NCBI GenBank assembly: GCA_965146665.1
Contig: CBCTHE010000003.1
Span: forward strand, 90,545-122,544
DNA: 32,000 nucleotides
Source: an uncultured Ructibacterium sp.
Lineage (GTDB): Bacteria; Bacillota; Clostridia; Monoglobales; Monoglobaceae
Direction of reading: 5' to 3'
The notes below the pieces were generated by a model. The model had not been told where the DNA came from and ran no database searches. It saw nothing but the letters and a program-made list of their open reading frames with translations. The number at the start of each line of letters is the position of its first letter. Positions within the stretch are counted from its first letter, which is position 1. Below, in pieces: positions 1 to 9,213 of the stretch. Both the position numbers and the translations under genes were made by a program.

Positions 1-119
1 CAGCTCCCGGCAAAAGCGTAGGAATGGGTAACATTTAATACATAAATGGAACCTTGTGCATATGTCCCTGTCCCCGGCGGGCAGTATCAGTATGAGGAAA
101 AGGTGAAAGGAGCAGCATT

Positions 120-2717
120 ATGGAGGAATTCAAAAAAAGCGGTGAAGCGGTCTTAAGAGACTTGAAGACAAACAGCGAGGGGCTGTCCGGTCAGGAGGCC
201 GCCCAAAGGCTGGAGCGGTATGGAAAAAACGGTCTAGCGGAGGGAAAACGAAAGGGGATGATTCAGGTATTCCTGGAACAGTTCAAGGACCTGCTGATTG
301 CCATTTTGATTGTGGCCGGTATTGTCTCAATGTTTTCCGGACAGTTTGAGAGCACCATCGTAATCTTTGCCGTCATTGTCCTCAACGCTGTTTTGGGTAC
401 GATTCAGCATTTCAAGGCGGAAAAATCCCTGGCAAGTCTGAAAGAACTGTCCTCTCCCACAGCCAAGGTTATGCGCGATGATATCAAGCTTGAAGTGCGC
501 TCAGAGGACCTGGTGCCAGGGGATATTCTCATTCTGGAAGCCGGCGATCTGGTGACGGCGGATGCCAGAATACTCGAAAACTATTCACTGAAGGTGAACG
601 AGAGCTCTCTGACCGGTGAGTCTGAACCCGTGGAAAAAACAACCGGCGCCATAGACGGAGAAAAGGTGGCGCTGGGGGATCGGAAAAACATGGTCTTTTC
701 CGGCTCTCTGGTCACCTATGGGCGAGCCGTGGCCGTGGTTACGGCCACCGGCATGGAGACAGAGCTGGGGAAGATTGCAGGCTTGCTGAACCGCACTGCG
801 CAGCGTCGGACGCCGCTGCAGATCACTCTGGATCATTTCAGCCAGAAGCTCGCCTTGGTGATCATTGGAATCTGCTTTGTGGTCTTTGGCCTTTCTCTGT
901 ATCGGCAGATGCCGATTCTGGATGCCCTGCTGTTCGCCGTGGCGCTGGCTGTTGCCGCCATTCCGGAAGCACTCAGCTCCATTGTGACCATAGTTCTCGC
1001 CATGGGAACACAAAAGATGGCACGGGAGAACGCGGTCATGAAGGATCTGAAAGCGGTGGAGAGTCTTGGCAGCGTTTCTGTGATCTGCTCGGATAAGACC
1101 GGCACGCTGACCCAGAACCGGATGGAGGTACAGGAGATGTACGCAGGCGGCCGCCTGTTTCGTCAGGAGACGCTGGATCTGAAGCATGCGGCTGAATACA
1201 TGCTGCTCAAGGAAGCCATCCTTGTCAATGACGCCACAGTGTCTGACGGCAAGGAAATTGGTGATCCTACCGAGACAGCCCTGGTACAGCTGGCCGCGAA
1301 ATTTGGCGTTGACGCGCCCTCCTATCGGAGCCAGCATCCGAGACTGGGTGAACTGGCGTTTGATTCGGACCGAAAGCTCATGAGTACCGTTCACCGGATG
1401 GAAGGGGAGAATGTGATCTGTACCAAAGGCGCCATGGATGTTTTGATGGGACGCATCACACATATTATGACTGCGGATGGAGTTGTGCCGTTTAACGATA
1501 CCCACCGCCGTGAAATTGAGGATACCAACCGGATGTTGTCCGAAAAGGGGCTCCGGGTTCTGTGTTTCGCGGTATGTTCGCTTGGGGAACAGGAGGCGGT
1601 TTCCCTTGCCGACGAAAAGGATTATACCTTTGTGGGGCTCATATCCATGATGGATCCTCCCCGGGAGGAAGCTGTTCAGGCTGTGGCAGACGCCAAAAAA
1701 GGAGGCGTCAGAACGGTCATGATAACCGGGGATCACAAGATCACAGCGGCGGCCATTGCGGCGCAGATCGGCATTTTAGAGCCAGGAGACCTAGCGGTGG
1801 AGGGGACGGAGCTTGACGGTATGACGGATCAGGAACTGTCGGAAAAGCTTGAGCGCATCCGTGTCTATGCCCGGGTGTCTCCGGAGCATAAAATCCGCAT
1901 TGTGGATATGTGGCAGCGAAAGGGCAATATTGTGTCCATGACAGGGGATGGGGTCAATGATGCCCCCGCTCTGAAGCAGGCGGATATTGGTGTTGCCATG
2001 GGGATTACAGGGACTGAGGTGGCAAAAGACGCGGCTTCCATGATTCTCGCAGACGATAATTTTGCCACGATCGTGAAGGCTGTGGTCAATGGACGAAGCG
2101 TGTATGAGAATATTAAGAATGCCATTCAGTTTCTGCTCTCCGGCAACGCCGCCGGGATCCTCTGCGTGCTGTTCACCTCTCTGGCTGGGCTTGCCGTGCC
2201 TTTTATGCCGGTTCATCTGCTGTTTATCAACCTGCTGACCGACAGTCTTCCCGCTATTGCCATCGGGATGGAGCCCGCCCGGAAGGGTCTGCTGAACCGG
2301 CCGCCCCGCAACCCAAAGGAATCCATTTTAAATCGGAAAACCCTTGCAAGAATTGGTGTTCAGGGAGCCTTGATCGGAGGCTTCACCATGGCCGCGTATT
2401 TTATTGGCCTGCAAACCGGCACGGCGGCCGCCAGCACTATGGCCTTTGCCACGCTGACACTGGCACGGCTGTTCCATGGCTTTAACTGCCGGGGCGAGGA
2501 GTCCATTTTCCGGCTGAAATTGCACACCAATCAATACAGTGTCGGCGCTTTTCTGCTCGGCGTACTGCTTTTGGCGGGGGTTCTGTTTATTCCAGCCCTG
2601 GAAGGGCTGTTTATGGTAAGTCCGCTTTCTGGGCCGCAGACCGGATGGATTGTACTGCTGGCCTTTGTGCCCACCGTGCTGATTCAGATTTGGAAAGTTC
2701 TGCGCGCGAACAGATAA
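120..2717 (+). CDS. P-type cation-translocating ATPase (Ca2+/P2-type-like)
   Basis: 865-aa ORF with SD aaaggag 7 nt upstream of the ATG. P-type hallmarks are present: LTGESEPV (actuator TGES), CSDKTGTLT (phospho-Asp), MITGDH and TGDGVNDAPALK hinge. There are multiple TM segments at both ends. The TM4 motif reads IPEAL instead of the canonical PEGL. Confidence 0.95.
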   Translation: MEEFKKSGEAVLRDLKTNSEGLSGQEAAQRLERYGKNGLAEGKRKGMIQVFLEQFKDLLIAILIVAGIVSMFSGQFESTIVIFAVIVLNAVLGTIQHFKAEKSLASLKELSSPTAKVMRDDIKLEVRSEDLVPGDILILEAGDLVTADARILENYSLKVNESSLTGESEPVEKTTGAIDGEKVALGDRKNMVFSGSLVTYGRAVAVVTATGMETELGKIAGLLNRTAQRRTPLQITLDHFSQKLALVIIGICFVVFGLSLYRQMPILDALLFAVALAVAAIPEALSSIVTIVLAMGTQKMARENAVMKDLKAVESLGSVSVICSDKTGTLTQNRMEVQEMYAGGRLFRQETLDLKHAAEYMLLKEAILVNDATVSDGKEIGDPTETALVQLAAKFGVDAPSYRSQHPRLGELAFDSDRKLMSTVHRMEGENVICTKGAMDVLMGRITHIMTADGVVPFNDTHRREIEDTNRMLSEKGLRVLCFAVCSLGEQEAVSLADEKDYTFVGLISMMDPPREEAVQAVADAKKGGVRTVMITGDHKITAAAIAAQIGILEPGDLAVEGTELDGMTDQELSEKLERIRVYARVSPEHKIRIVDMWQRKGNIVSMTGDGVNDAPALKQADIGVAMGITGTEVAKDAASMILADDNFATIVKAVVNGRSVYENIKNAIQFLLSGNAAGILCVLFTSLAGLAVPFMPVHLLFINLLTDSLPAIAIGMEPARKGLLNRPPRNPKESILNRKTLARIGVQGALIGGFTMAAYFIGLQTGTAAASTMAFATLTLARLFHGFNCRGEESIFRLKLHTNQYSVGAFLLGVLLLAGVLFIPALEGLFMVSPLSGPQTGWIVLLAFVPTVLIQIWKVLRANR

Positions 2718-2724
2718 CGCATTT

Positions 2725-2760
2725 GAAAAGGACCTGCGGTCTATTCCGCAGGTCCTTTTC
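2725..2760. terminator. Bidirectional intrinsic terminator between the convergent ATPase and malQ genes
   Basis: Perfect hairpin gaaaaggacctgcgg / tctatt / ccgcaggtccttttc. A-run and T-run arms allow termination in both directions. It lies in the 53-nt gap between two convergent stop codons. Confidence 0.8.
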
Positions 2761-2770
2761 AAATGATCGT

Positions 2771-4249
2771 TTACCGGCTGTAGATTTGACAGAGGCGGCG
2801 CAGTTTTTCGGCCAGTCCGCCGCTGAGGCAGTTCATGTCACGCATACGCCACTGCCAGTTTCCGCCAAGGGTTGAGGGGGTATTCATTCTGGCGCCGGTC
2901 CCCAGCCCAAGAAGATCCTGCAGGGTGAAGATCACCGTATCGGCGGGCGAGGCCAGCATGGTTTGCACAAAGCCCCACTGAATGCTCTGATCCTGGGTCC
3001 GCATGTAATCCAGGGCAAATTCCCGGACCGTCTGACTTTCCTGTTCGAACCATCCGCGCAGGGTATCGTTGTCATGAGTTCCGATATAAGCCACAGCGTT
3101 TTTCGGATAGTTGTGGGGGAGATACTCGCTGTTCTCTCCAGGAGTCAGCCCAAACTGTACGACCTTCATACCCGGAAATCCCGTCTCCCGCAGAAGCTCG
3201 CGCACGGCATCGTCCAGAGAGCCCAAATCCTCGGCAATGATGGGCAGTCCTGCGCCGAGTGCGGTGCGCAGGGCATCAAAGAAGCTTTTGCCCGGACCTT
3301 TGACCCATTCCCCAATTACCGCGTCCTTCATGCCATAGGGAATGGAGTAGAAGGCGGAAAAACCGCGGAAATGGTCGATCCGGACAATGTCGTACATGGA
3401 GAGCGCCGCCCGTACCCGCTCGATCCACCACTCATAGCCCTGGTTCTTGAGTGCATCCCAGTCATAAAGGGGATTGCCCCAAAGCTGCCCTTTGGGCGCA
3501 AAGTAATCCGGCGGGCAACCGGCAACCTTGATGGGGTGCCGGTCTCCGTCCAGCTGGAGCACCTCGTTATGCGCCCAGGCGTCCGCGCTGTCTTCGGCCA
3601 CATAGATGGGGATATCGCCGATCATTTGAATTCCGCGGCAGTGGGCATATTCTTTCAGAGCATTCCACTGCTGAAAAAAGCGGTACTGGACATAGATCCA
3701 AAATTCTATGTCGTCCACAAGCCTGTCAAAAGCGGCTGTGATAGCCTCTGGTTTCCGGCATTTCAGATCCGGTTCCCACTCCTGATAGGAGCGCAGGCCA
3801 TGCTCTTCTTTGAGTGCCATATACATGGCATAGTTTTCGGCCCAATAGGCGTTCTGAGAACGGAACTGCAGCAGTGCGTTTCGCAGACGCCCGCGGTCAT
3901 TCTGCCAGGCTTTTTTTAAAACGCCGAACCGCTGCTTGAACACTGCTTCATAGTCCACGGCCTCCGGATTATCCCCCCACATCAGGCCGTCATAGTCGGA
4001 TTTCTGCAGAGAGCCTTCCTCAGCCAGCAGGTCAAAATCAATAAAATAGGGATTGCCGGCAAAAGTAGAAAAGGACTGATATGGAGAGTCCCCGTAGCTG
4101 GTGGGGCCCACGGGCAGGAGCTGCCAATACTTTTGGCCGGCTTGCTCCAGAAAATCCACAAAAGCATAGGCCTCTTTTCCCATGGTTCCGATGCCGTATG
4201 GTGACGGCAGAGATGAGAGATGGAGGAGGATGCCGCTTCCGCGCTGCAT
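2771..4249 (-). CDS. malQ: 4-alpha-glucanotransferase (amylomaltase, GH77)
   Basis: 492-aa ORF. The N-terminus RGSGILLHLSSLPSPYGIGTMG...YWQLLPVGPT is typical of MalQ/GH77. Also present: DIVRIDHFRGF, WGNPLYDW and GTHDNDT motifs. Confidence 0.95.
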   Translation of the reverse strand: MQRGSGILLHLSSLPSPYGIGTMGKEAYAFVDFLEQAGQKYWQLLPVGPTSYGDSPYQSFSTFAGNPYFIDFDLLAEEGSLQKSDYDGLMWGDNPEAVDYEAVFKQRFGVLKKAWQNDRGRLRNALLQFRSQNAYWAENYAMYMALKEEHGLRSYQEWEPDLKCRKPEAITAAFDRLVDDIEFWIYVQYRFFQQWNALKEYAHCRGIQMIGDIPIYVAEDSADAWAHNEVLQLDGDRHPIKVAGCPPDYFAPKGQLWGNPLYDWDALKNQGYEWWIERVRAALSMYDIVRIDHFRGFSAFYSIPYGMKDAVIGEWVKGPGKSFFDALRTALGAGLPIIAEDLGSLDDAVRELLRETGFPGMKVVQFGLTPGENSEYLPHNYPKNAVAYIGTHDNDTLRGWFEQESQTVREFALDYMRTQDQSIQWGFVQTMLASPADTVIFTLQDLLGLGTGARMNTPSTLGGNWQWRMRDMNCLSGGLAEKLRRLCQIYSR

Positions 4250-4294
4250 AGTATCATCTTCTTTCTGAATTTTTAGCCTTTTTAGCCGTCAGGC

Positions 4295-6013
4295 TCAGAG
4301 CTGGCTGAGTTTGCTGTACATGCTTTCAGGATCTGCCAAAAGCTCTGCATGAGTGCCCATCTCGGCGATCCGCCCATCGGAAATCACGGCAATTTTGTCA
4401 CAGTTCCGAATGGTGGAGAGACGATGAGCGATAATGATGGTGGTTCGATTTTGAATCACGTTTTCGATTGCTGTATGAATCAGTTTCTCGGTGGTGTTGT
4501 CCACTGCCGCGGTTGCTTCGTCCAGAATCAGAATCGGTTTGTCGCGCAGGATCGCGCGGGCGATGGAGAGACGCTGTTTCTGGCCGCCCGAGAGCTTGAC
4601 ACCCCGTTCGCCGATAATGGTATTATAGCCGTCCGGCATCTCAATGATAAAGCTGTGGGCATTGGCAATCTTGGCGGCCCGAATAATCTCGTCCTCCGTG
4701 GGATGTTCGACACCGTACGCGATGTTTTCGGCCACTGTGCCATGAAAGAGAAAGACATCCTGCAGAACAATGCTGACATTGTCCCGGAGAGAGCGGAAAC
4801 TCAAATCCCGCAGATCGTGTCCGTCCAATGTGACCGAGCCGGAGTCCGGATCATAGAACCGTGTGATCAGGCTGGCAATGGTGGTTTTCCCGCCGCCTGT
4901 CGGGCCCACCAGAGCTACCTTTTCGCCGGGTGCAATGTGAAGGTTCACATGCTCCAGCACAGCATTGTTTTTTTCGTAGGAGAAGCACACGTCCCGCAGG
5001 GTGATTTCTCCTTTGACATTGGTGATGTCAAGAGGCGCGGCCTTTTCCTTGACCTGGGATTCTACGCTGAAAAGATCCAGCACACGCTCGCCGGCGGCCA
5101 GGGAGTTCTGAAGATCCTCACTGATGCGCGCAAAGGCACTGATGGGCGTGTAAAGCATGTTCAGATAGAGGACAAATTTTACAATTTCCGAGGATCGGAT
5201 CCCGCCCGCGGCCGCCAGAACGCCGCCGGCGGCAATCACCAGAGCAACTCCGAACTGGTTGAAAAATCCGATCATGGGGTGAAAGACCGCGCTTTTCTTT
5301 AGAGCACTGAGGTTCAGGTCTGTAAAGGTTTGGGACACGGAGCGGACCCGGTCATATTCATAGTCCTGCTTGTTAAAGATGGTGATTTCCTTGATTCCGG
5401 AGAGATCATCCTGGACAATTCCCATAAGTTCCGCAGTCTTTTGATGGGCCGTTTTGAACTGAGGGCGTACCCGTTTTGCAAAATAAAAGGTCGAGATGAG
5501 AATCAGCGGAATCACAATCATGGCAACAAGGGCCAGCATGACGTTTTGCGCAAAAAGAATCGCCATGATGGTGGAGAAGAGCAGAACATCCAGAATTACC
5601 TCAGGACCGGCGTGTGCGATCAGCAGTTCGAGCACATTGGTGTCAGAGAGAATCTGGCTCATGAGCTGGCCAGTCTGTTTATCCTGAAAAAAGCCCATGG
5701 AAAGCCGCTGTACATGGTCAAAAAGGCGGGCGCGGATGTCATGGATACTGCGCCATGCCGCCACATGGGAAAAATAGGAACGCAGTCCCTGCGTCAGGGC
5801 CTGAAGTGCGGCCAAAAACAGGAGCAGTACGCCCGCCTTGACCGATTCCCGGGCCAGATTTGGCACCTGATCCTCTACGAGGTTGAGAAAGTTGCCAATC
5901 AGATTTGGCGCAAAGACCTGAGAAAGAATCTGCAGGATCATACAGACGCCAACGATCACAAAGCACCAGGTATATTTTTTCGTCATTTTGAAGATTCCGA
6001 TAAAGGTTTTCAT
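4295..6013 (-). CDS. ABC transporter, fused permease/ATP-binding exporter (MsbA/LmrA-like half transporter)
   Basis: 572 aa with SD aaggagg upstream of the ATG. The N-terminal domain has six predicted TM helices. Walker A GPTGGGKTT, signature LSGGQKQR, Walker B ILILDEATAAVD, H-loop IIIAHRLST. Only 45 nt separate it from the downstream malQ on the same strand. Confidence 0.9.
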   Translation of the reverse strand: MKTFIGIFKMTKKYTWCFVIVGVCMILQILSQVFAPNLIGNFLNLVEDQVPNLARESVKAGVLLLFLAALQALTQGLRSYFSHVAAWRSIHDIRARLFDHVQRLSMGFFQDKQTGQLMSQILSDTNVLELLIAHAGPEVILDVLLFSTIMAILFAQNVMLALVAMIVIPLILISTFYFAKRVRPQFKTAHQKTAELMGIVQDDLSGIKEITIFNKQDYEYDRVRSVSQTFTDLNLSALKKSAVFHPMIGFFNQFGVALVIAAGGVLAAAGGIRSSEIVKFVLYLNMLYTPISAFARISEDLQNSLAAGERVLDLFSVESQVKEKAAPLDITNVKGEITLRDVCFSYEKNNAVLEHVNLHIAPGEKVALVGPTGGGKTTIASLITRFYDPDSGSVTLDGHDLRDLSFRSLRDNVSIVLQDVFLFHGTVAENIAYGVEHPTEDEIIRAAKIANAHSFIIEMPDGYNTIIGERGVKLSGGQKQRLSIARAILRDKPILILDEATAAVDNTTEKLIHTAIENVIQNRTTIIIAHRLSTIRNCDKIAVISDGRIAEMGTHAELLADPESMYSKLSQL

Positions 6014-6061
6014 GGGACCTCCTTAACTAGTATATGCAGAAAATTACAGATATCATCAAAA

Positions 6062-6092
6062 GAAAAAACGCAACCTGTGCCGGAGGCGCAGG
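6062..6092 (-). terminator. Probable intrinsic terminator after ilvE
   Basis: On the minus strand, a cctgcgcc/tccg/gcacagg-type hairpin with one mismatch is followed by gcgtttttt. It lies about 35 nt downstream of the ilvE stop. Confidence 0.5.
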
Positions 6093-6126
6093 TCACGTGT
6101 CAAAATTCAGCTTATTGCGGCAGGGA

Positions 6127-7200
6127 TCAGTCCACCGTCACGACCCAGTTCATTTCATCGGGCATGGTGCCAGTCTGAATTCCGGTTATGGTATCAAAGA
6201 TACGCTGCGTCACCTGACCAATCTGGTTATTGTTGATGGTCATGACGTGCTCATCCCAGCGAAGCTCACCCACAGGAGAGATGATAGCGGCGGTGCCGGT
6301 ACCGAAGCATTCCTCCAGTTTGCCGTCCTGATAGGCGTCAAAGACCTCCTGAATGGAGATCCTGCGCTCAGATACGGGAATACCCCATTTCTTTAAAAGC
6401 TCTATGGCGGACATACGGGTGATACCGCTCAGAATACTGCCGTTGAGCATGGGGGTGACAACCTCGCCGCCAATCTTGAAGAAGATGTTCATGGAGCCCA
6501 CTTCTTCAATGTATTTCTGTTCCACGCCATCCAGCCACAAAACCTGAGAATAGCCGCGCTCATGGGCGATAACCTGCGCCTTGATACTGCTTGCATAGTT
6601 CCCGCCGGTCTTGGTGAAACCGGTTGCGCCGCGGACAGTACGGACATAATTGTCCTCAACATAAATCTTGACCGGATCCAGTCCCTCCGGATAATAAAGA
6701 CCGCTGGGTGAACAGATAATCATGAATTTGTATGTATCAGAAGGCCGGACACCCAGATATTCGTCTGTCGCGATGATGAAAGGACGAATATACAGGGAGG
6801 CGCCCTCCTGCTCCGGAATCCAGTCACGGTCCAGCTCCACCAGCTGCTTCAGAGCCTCGACACAGAAATCGGCATCAAGTGCCGGAATGGCCAAACGCTC
6901 TGCGGAGACATTCATACGCTCAAAATTTTTATAGGGACGGAAGAGACGGACATGGCCATCCTTGGACTTGTATGCCTTCAAGCCCTCAAAAATCTCCTGT
7001 GCGTAATGAAATACCATGGCCGACGGATCCAATTCCAAAGGTCCATAGGGAACGATACGGGGATCATACCACCCTTTTCCCTCCGCATAGTCCATCACAA
7101 ACATGTGATCGGAAAAAAACTTGCCAAAGGGCAGATTGTCCATTGCAGGCTTTGCCTTTGGCGCAGTTGTTTTTGTTATGCTGATATTCACCTTGTTCAA
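6127..7200 (-). CDS. ilvE: Branched-chain amino acid aminotransferase (class IV PLP enzyme)
   Basis: 357 aa with motifs EIFEGLKAYK, TGGNYASSI and ECFGTGTAAIISPV. The track start at 7200 is TTG. GTG at 7191 has better spacing to the SD ggaaagaagg, so the true start may be 7191. Confidence 0.93.
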   Translation of the reverse strand: MNKVNISITKTTAPKAKPAMDNLPFGKFFSDHMFVMDYAEGKGWYDPRIVPYGPLELDPSAMVFHYAQEIFEGLKAYKSKDGHVRLFRPYKNFERMNVSAERLAIPALDADFCVEALKQLVELDRDWIPEQEGASLYIRPFIIATDEYLGVRPSDTYKFMIICSPSGLYYPEGLDPVKIYVEDNYVRTVRGATGFTKTGGNYASSIKAQVIAHERGYSQVLWLDGVEQKYIEEVGSMNIFFKIGGEVVTPMLNGSILSGITRMSAIELLKKWGIPVSERRISIQEVFDAYQDGKLEECFGTGTAAIISPVGELRWDEHVMTINNNQIGQVTQRIFDTITGIQTGTMPDEMNWVVTVD

Positions 7201-7244
7201 CCTTCTTTCCTAATTTTCGTCACGATTTGCTTGATAACTTTTAT

Positions 7245-7273
7245 AGTATAGCACAGGGATTCTGAAAATTCAA
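7245..7273 (-). promoter_or_regulatory. Sigma-A type promoter for ilvE
   Basis: The minus strand reads TTGAAT, a 17-nt spacer, then TATACT, about 45 nt upstream of the ilvE start. Confidence 0.5.
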
Positions 7274-7411
7274 TATGAAAACTTTATAAAAATGCAAGAA
7301 GTTTCGATAGAATTTAAAACCGTTTTCGGGAAAGAGCAGTTTGAAAAAGGACTGCCATGTGCGGCGGACGCGGCAATGCTGTGAAGCTGGTTCTATGGCA
7401 GACTGCGGATG

Positions 7412-7449
7412 CAAAAAACCGGGGACACAGTGAATGGCTGTGAACCCGG
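7412..7449 (-). terminator. Intrinsic terminator after the SSB-like gene
   Basis: Hairpin ccggg(ga)cacag / tgaatgg / ctgtg(aa)cccgg. On the minus strand it is followed by tttttt (complement of 7412-7418). It starts 8 nt after the stop at 7457. Confidence 0.65.
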
Positions 7450-7456
7450 CTGATTT

Positions 7457-8113
7457 TTATTCAACGTTTTCCGTCTCGTGCTGTTCTCCGGTTTCCAGCT
7501 CCATTTTGGATACAGAGATTTCATAGGCGGTCTTGACAATAAAATGTTCTTCATCCAGCCGTTTTTGATATTCCCGGCTCTGGATTCGTCCCCAAACCTT
7601 CAGATGCGTGCCAACAGCCAGCCGTTCAGCAAATTTTGCGTTGCGTCCCCATGCGATGCAGGGGATATAGTCCGATTTATTATAAAAGCGGTTCACAGCC
7701 AAAAGAATGTCCGCTATTTCCCGCTGAAATGGCGTGGTGCGATATACGGGCGGCTTACAGATATAGCCATTCAGAAATATCTGATTGGGATTCTGGAATT
7801 CGGAAAGATCGCTGACCCGCTCCATTTCCTTGGCAAAAACGGTCAGAACAAGCTTATTTCCGGTGTCGGAAAAATTGTTATAGGAGCGAAACTGCCCCTC
7901 GATATGCAGGATATCACCGGGCTTTGGTTCAATATCCGGAAAAAAGCGTTCTGATACGGTCACATTGATGGTATCATAGTTCTCGCTGAGCCTTGGAATC
8001 TGAAGCTGAAACAGGTAAAACCGTTCTCCATAAATCATATGTGAGAAGGAAAGCTCACTGCATACTTCGCCTGCGACTGTAACTTTATTGTTCTCAAAGT
8101 AAGTATTTTCCAC
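7457..8113 (-). CDS. SSB-like protein with two OB-fold-like halves (function uncertain)
   Basis: The ORF track gives a TTG start at 8131. GTG at 8113 sits 8 nt after the SD aggag. Two halves each resemble SSB/PriB-type OB folds (VTVAGEV...INVTV...GDILHIEGQFRSYN and IFLNGYICK...IPCIAWGRNA...HLKVWGRIQSREYQK). The assignment is by pattern only. Confidence 0.6.
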   Translation of the reverse strand: MENTYFENNKVTVAGEVCSELSFSHMIYGERFYLFQLQIPRLSENYDTINVTVSERFFPDIEPKPGDILHIEGQFRSYNNFSDTGNKLVLTVFAKEMERVSDLSEFQNPNQIFLNGYICKPPVYRTTPFQREIADILLAVNRFYNKSDYIPCIAWGRNAKFAERLAVGTHLKVWGRIQSREYQKRLDEEHFIVKTAYEISVSKMELETGEQHETENVE

Positions 8114-8182
8114 ATTATTCACTCCTGTCAAAATTTACATCTGACTGCTTTGCTCTGTAAAGTATATTCCGGATTCGGGAAC

Positions 8183-8503
8183 TTAGAACTTTAAACACGC
8201 AAAGACTTCCGTGGAAACCCCACAGAGCAGAAGCAGTGTTACAAGAGCGAGATAGGGATAAATGTCCTTTGGCTTTCTGGACCAGCGGACATTGAATTCC
8301 TGAGGCGGCAGTTCTTGCCGGTCAAGGGTAAGGATGCCCCGCTGGAGACAGTATGTGAACCCGTCGTCATCAATGCTGGAAGCCGTGACCGTTGCGCGCA
8401 GAGAGAGACCGCAGGTCAGCGGACAGAGCTCGGAAAGATCCAGCCCTTGAAAGTCTGTTTGCTGGTCGCCGTTTAAAATCAAAGTATTGCCGATTTGTAT
8501 CAT
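8183..8503 (-). CDS. Hypothetical protein with a C-terminal TM anchor
   Basis: 106-109 aa. The start is ambiguous (GTG 8512, ATG 8509, ATG 8503). ATG 8503 has the best spacing to ggaaggg. The C-terminus has a hydrophobic stretch, YPYLALVTLLLLCGV. No family recognised. Confidence 0.45.
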   Translation of the reverse strand: MIQIGNTLILNGDQQTDFQGLDLSELCPLTCGLSLRATVTASSIDDDGFTYCLQRGILTLDRQELPPQEFNVRWSRKPKDIYPYLALVTLLLLCGVSTEVFACLKF

Positions 8504-8630
8504 TTTCATCACCCTTCCATAGGGTTTCCTTTAATTTCACGGGATATTCTGATTTTGACAAACTCATGGGGATTTTTTCGTATGATTGAGTGAAATAGCT
8601 CATATACTGGAACCAAAAGGAGAGATGAAT

Positions 8631-9209
8631 ATGAAAATTTGGGTAATCAGCAAAAAAACAGGTATTTTGTGTGCGGTTTTGTTCGTCGCCCTTCTGGCAT
8701 TGATCTGGGTTGGTAAGAGTGATGTGGTTTCTGTTTCCAAAACGCAGCGGGACCTTCCAATTTATTGCGTGGATAAAGCGGAGGAGGACAAAGTGCTTTC
8801 CATTAGTTTTGATGCAGCATGGGGAAATGAAGATACGCAGCAGCTCATTGACATTTTGGAAAAGTATCATGTGAAAGCAACCTTCTTTGTGGTCGGCGGA
8901 TGGGTGGACAATTTTCCGGAGTCAGTGAAGGCACTGTCAGACGCAGGACACGAGGTTATGAACCACTCCAACACCCATCCCCACATGACACAGATTTCAA
9001 AAGAAAAAATGAAGGAAGAAGTTGAAACCTGTAATCAAAAGATTGAGCAGATAACAGGAAAACGGCCGACGCTTCTTCGTGCTCCCTACGGAGACTATAA
9101 CAACGACGTGGTTCAGGCTGTACGGGAAGCCGGCTGTTTTACCATCCAATGGGATGTTGATAGTCTGGAAACAAAAAACGAAAATTATGCAAAAAATCTT
9201 ATTTTATAG
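8631..9209 (+). CDS. Polysaccharide deacetylase (NodB/CE4, PdaA/PdaB-like), native C-terminus replaced at the junction with an integrated element
   Basis: Likely start is ATG 8631 (SD aaaggagag); the track start 8586 is TTG. There is an N-terminal TM anchor. NodB motifs SFDAAWG, HSNTHPH and LRAPYG are present. The DxxDW motif is cut after WDVDSL, and the ORF then runs into an AT-rich tail (ETKNENYAKNLIL*). The final LxH motif is absent. Confidence 0.85.
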   Translation: MKIWVISKKTGILCAVLFVALLALIWVGKSDVVSVSKTQRDLPIYCVDKAEEDKVLSISFDAAWGNEDTQQLIDILEKYHVKATFFVVGGWVDNFPESVKALSDAGHEVMNHSNTHPHMTQISKEKMKEEVETCNQKIEQITGKRPTLLRAPYGDYNNDVVQAVREAGCFTIQWDVDSLETKNENYAKNLIL

Positions 9210-9213
9210 AGAA

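Noticed and set aside
1-119. Possible 3' end of an upstream plus-strand gene (stop at 19-21), or a leader or riboswitch ahead of the ATPase
   Set aside because: Only six codons are visible, and I found no recognisable motif or conserved riboswitch core in the 119 nt.
585-1736. 383-aa antisense ORF within the P-type ATPase gene, plus smaller ones at 833-1105 and 1791-2216
   Set aside because: The sense frame carries all the P-type ATPase motifs. The antisense products are rich in R, H, G and P and carry no motifs or SD.
2963-6178. Long plus-strand ORFs (2963-3919, 4349-5302, 5330-6178) opposite malQ and the ABC transporter
   Set aside because: The minus-strand frames contain the unmistakable GH77 and ABC motifs. 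The plus-strand translations are motif-free shadow ORFs.
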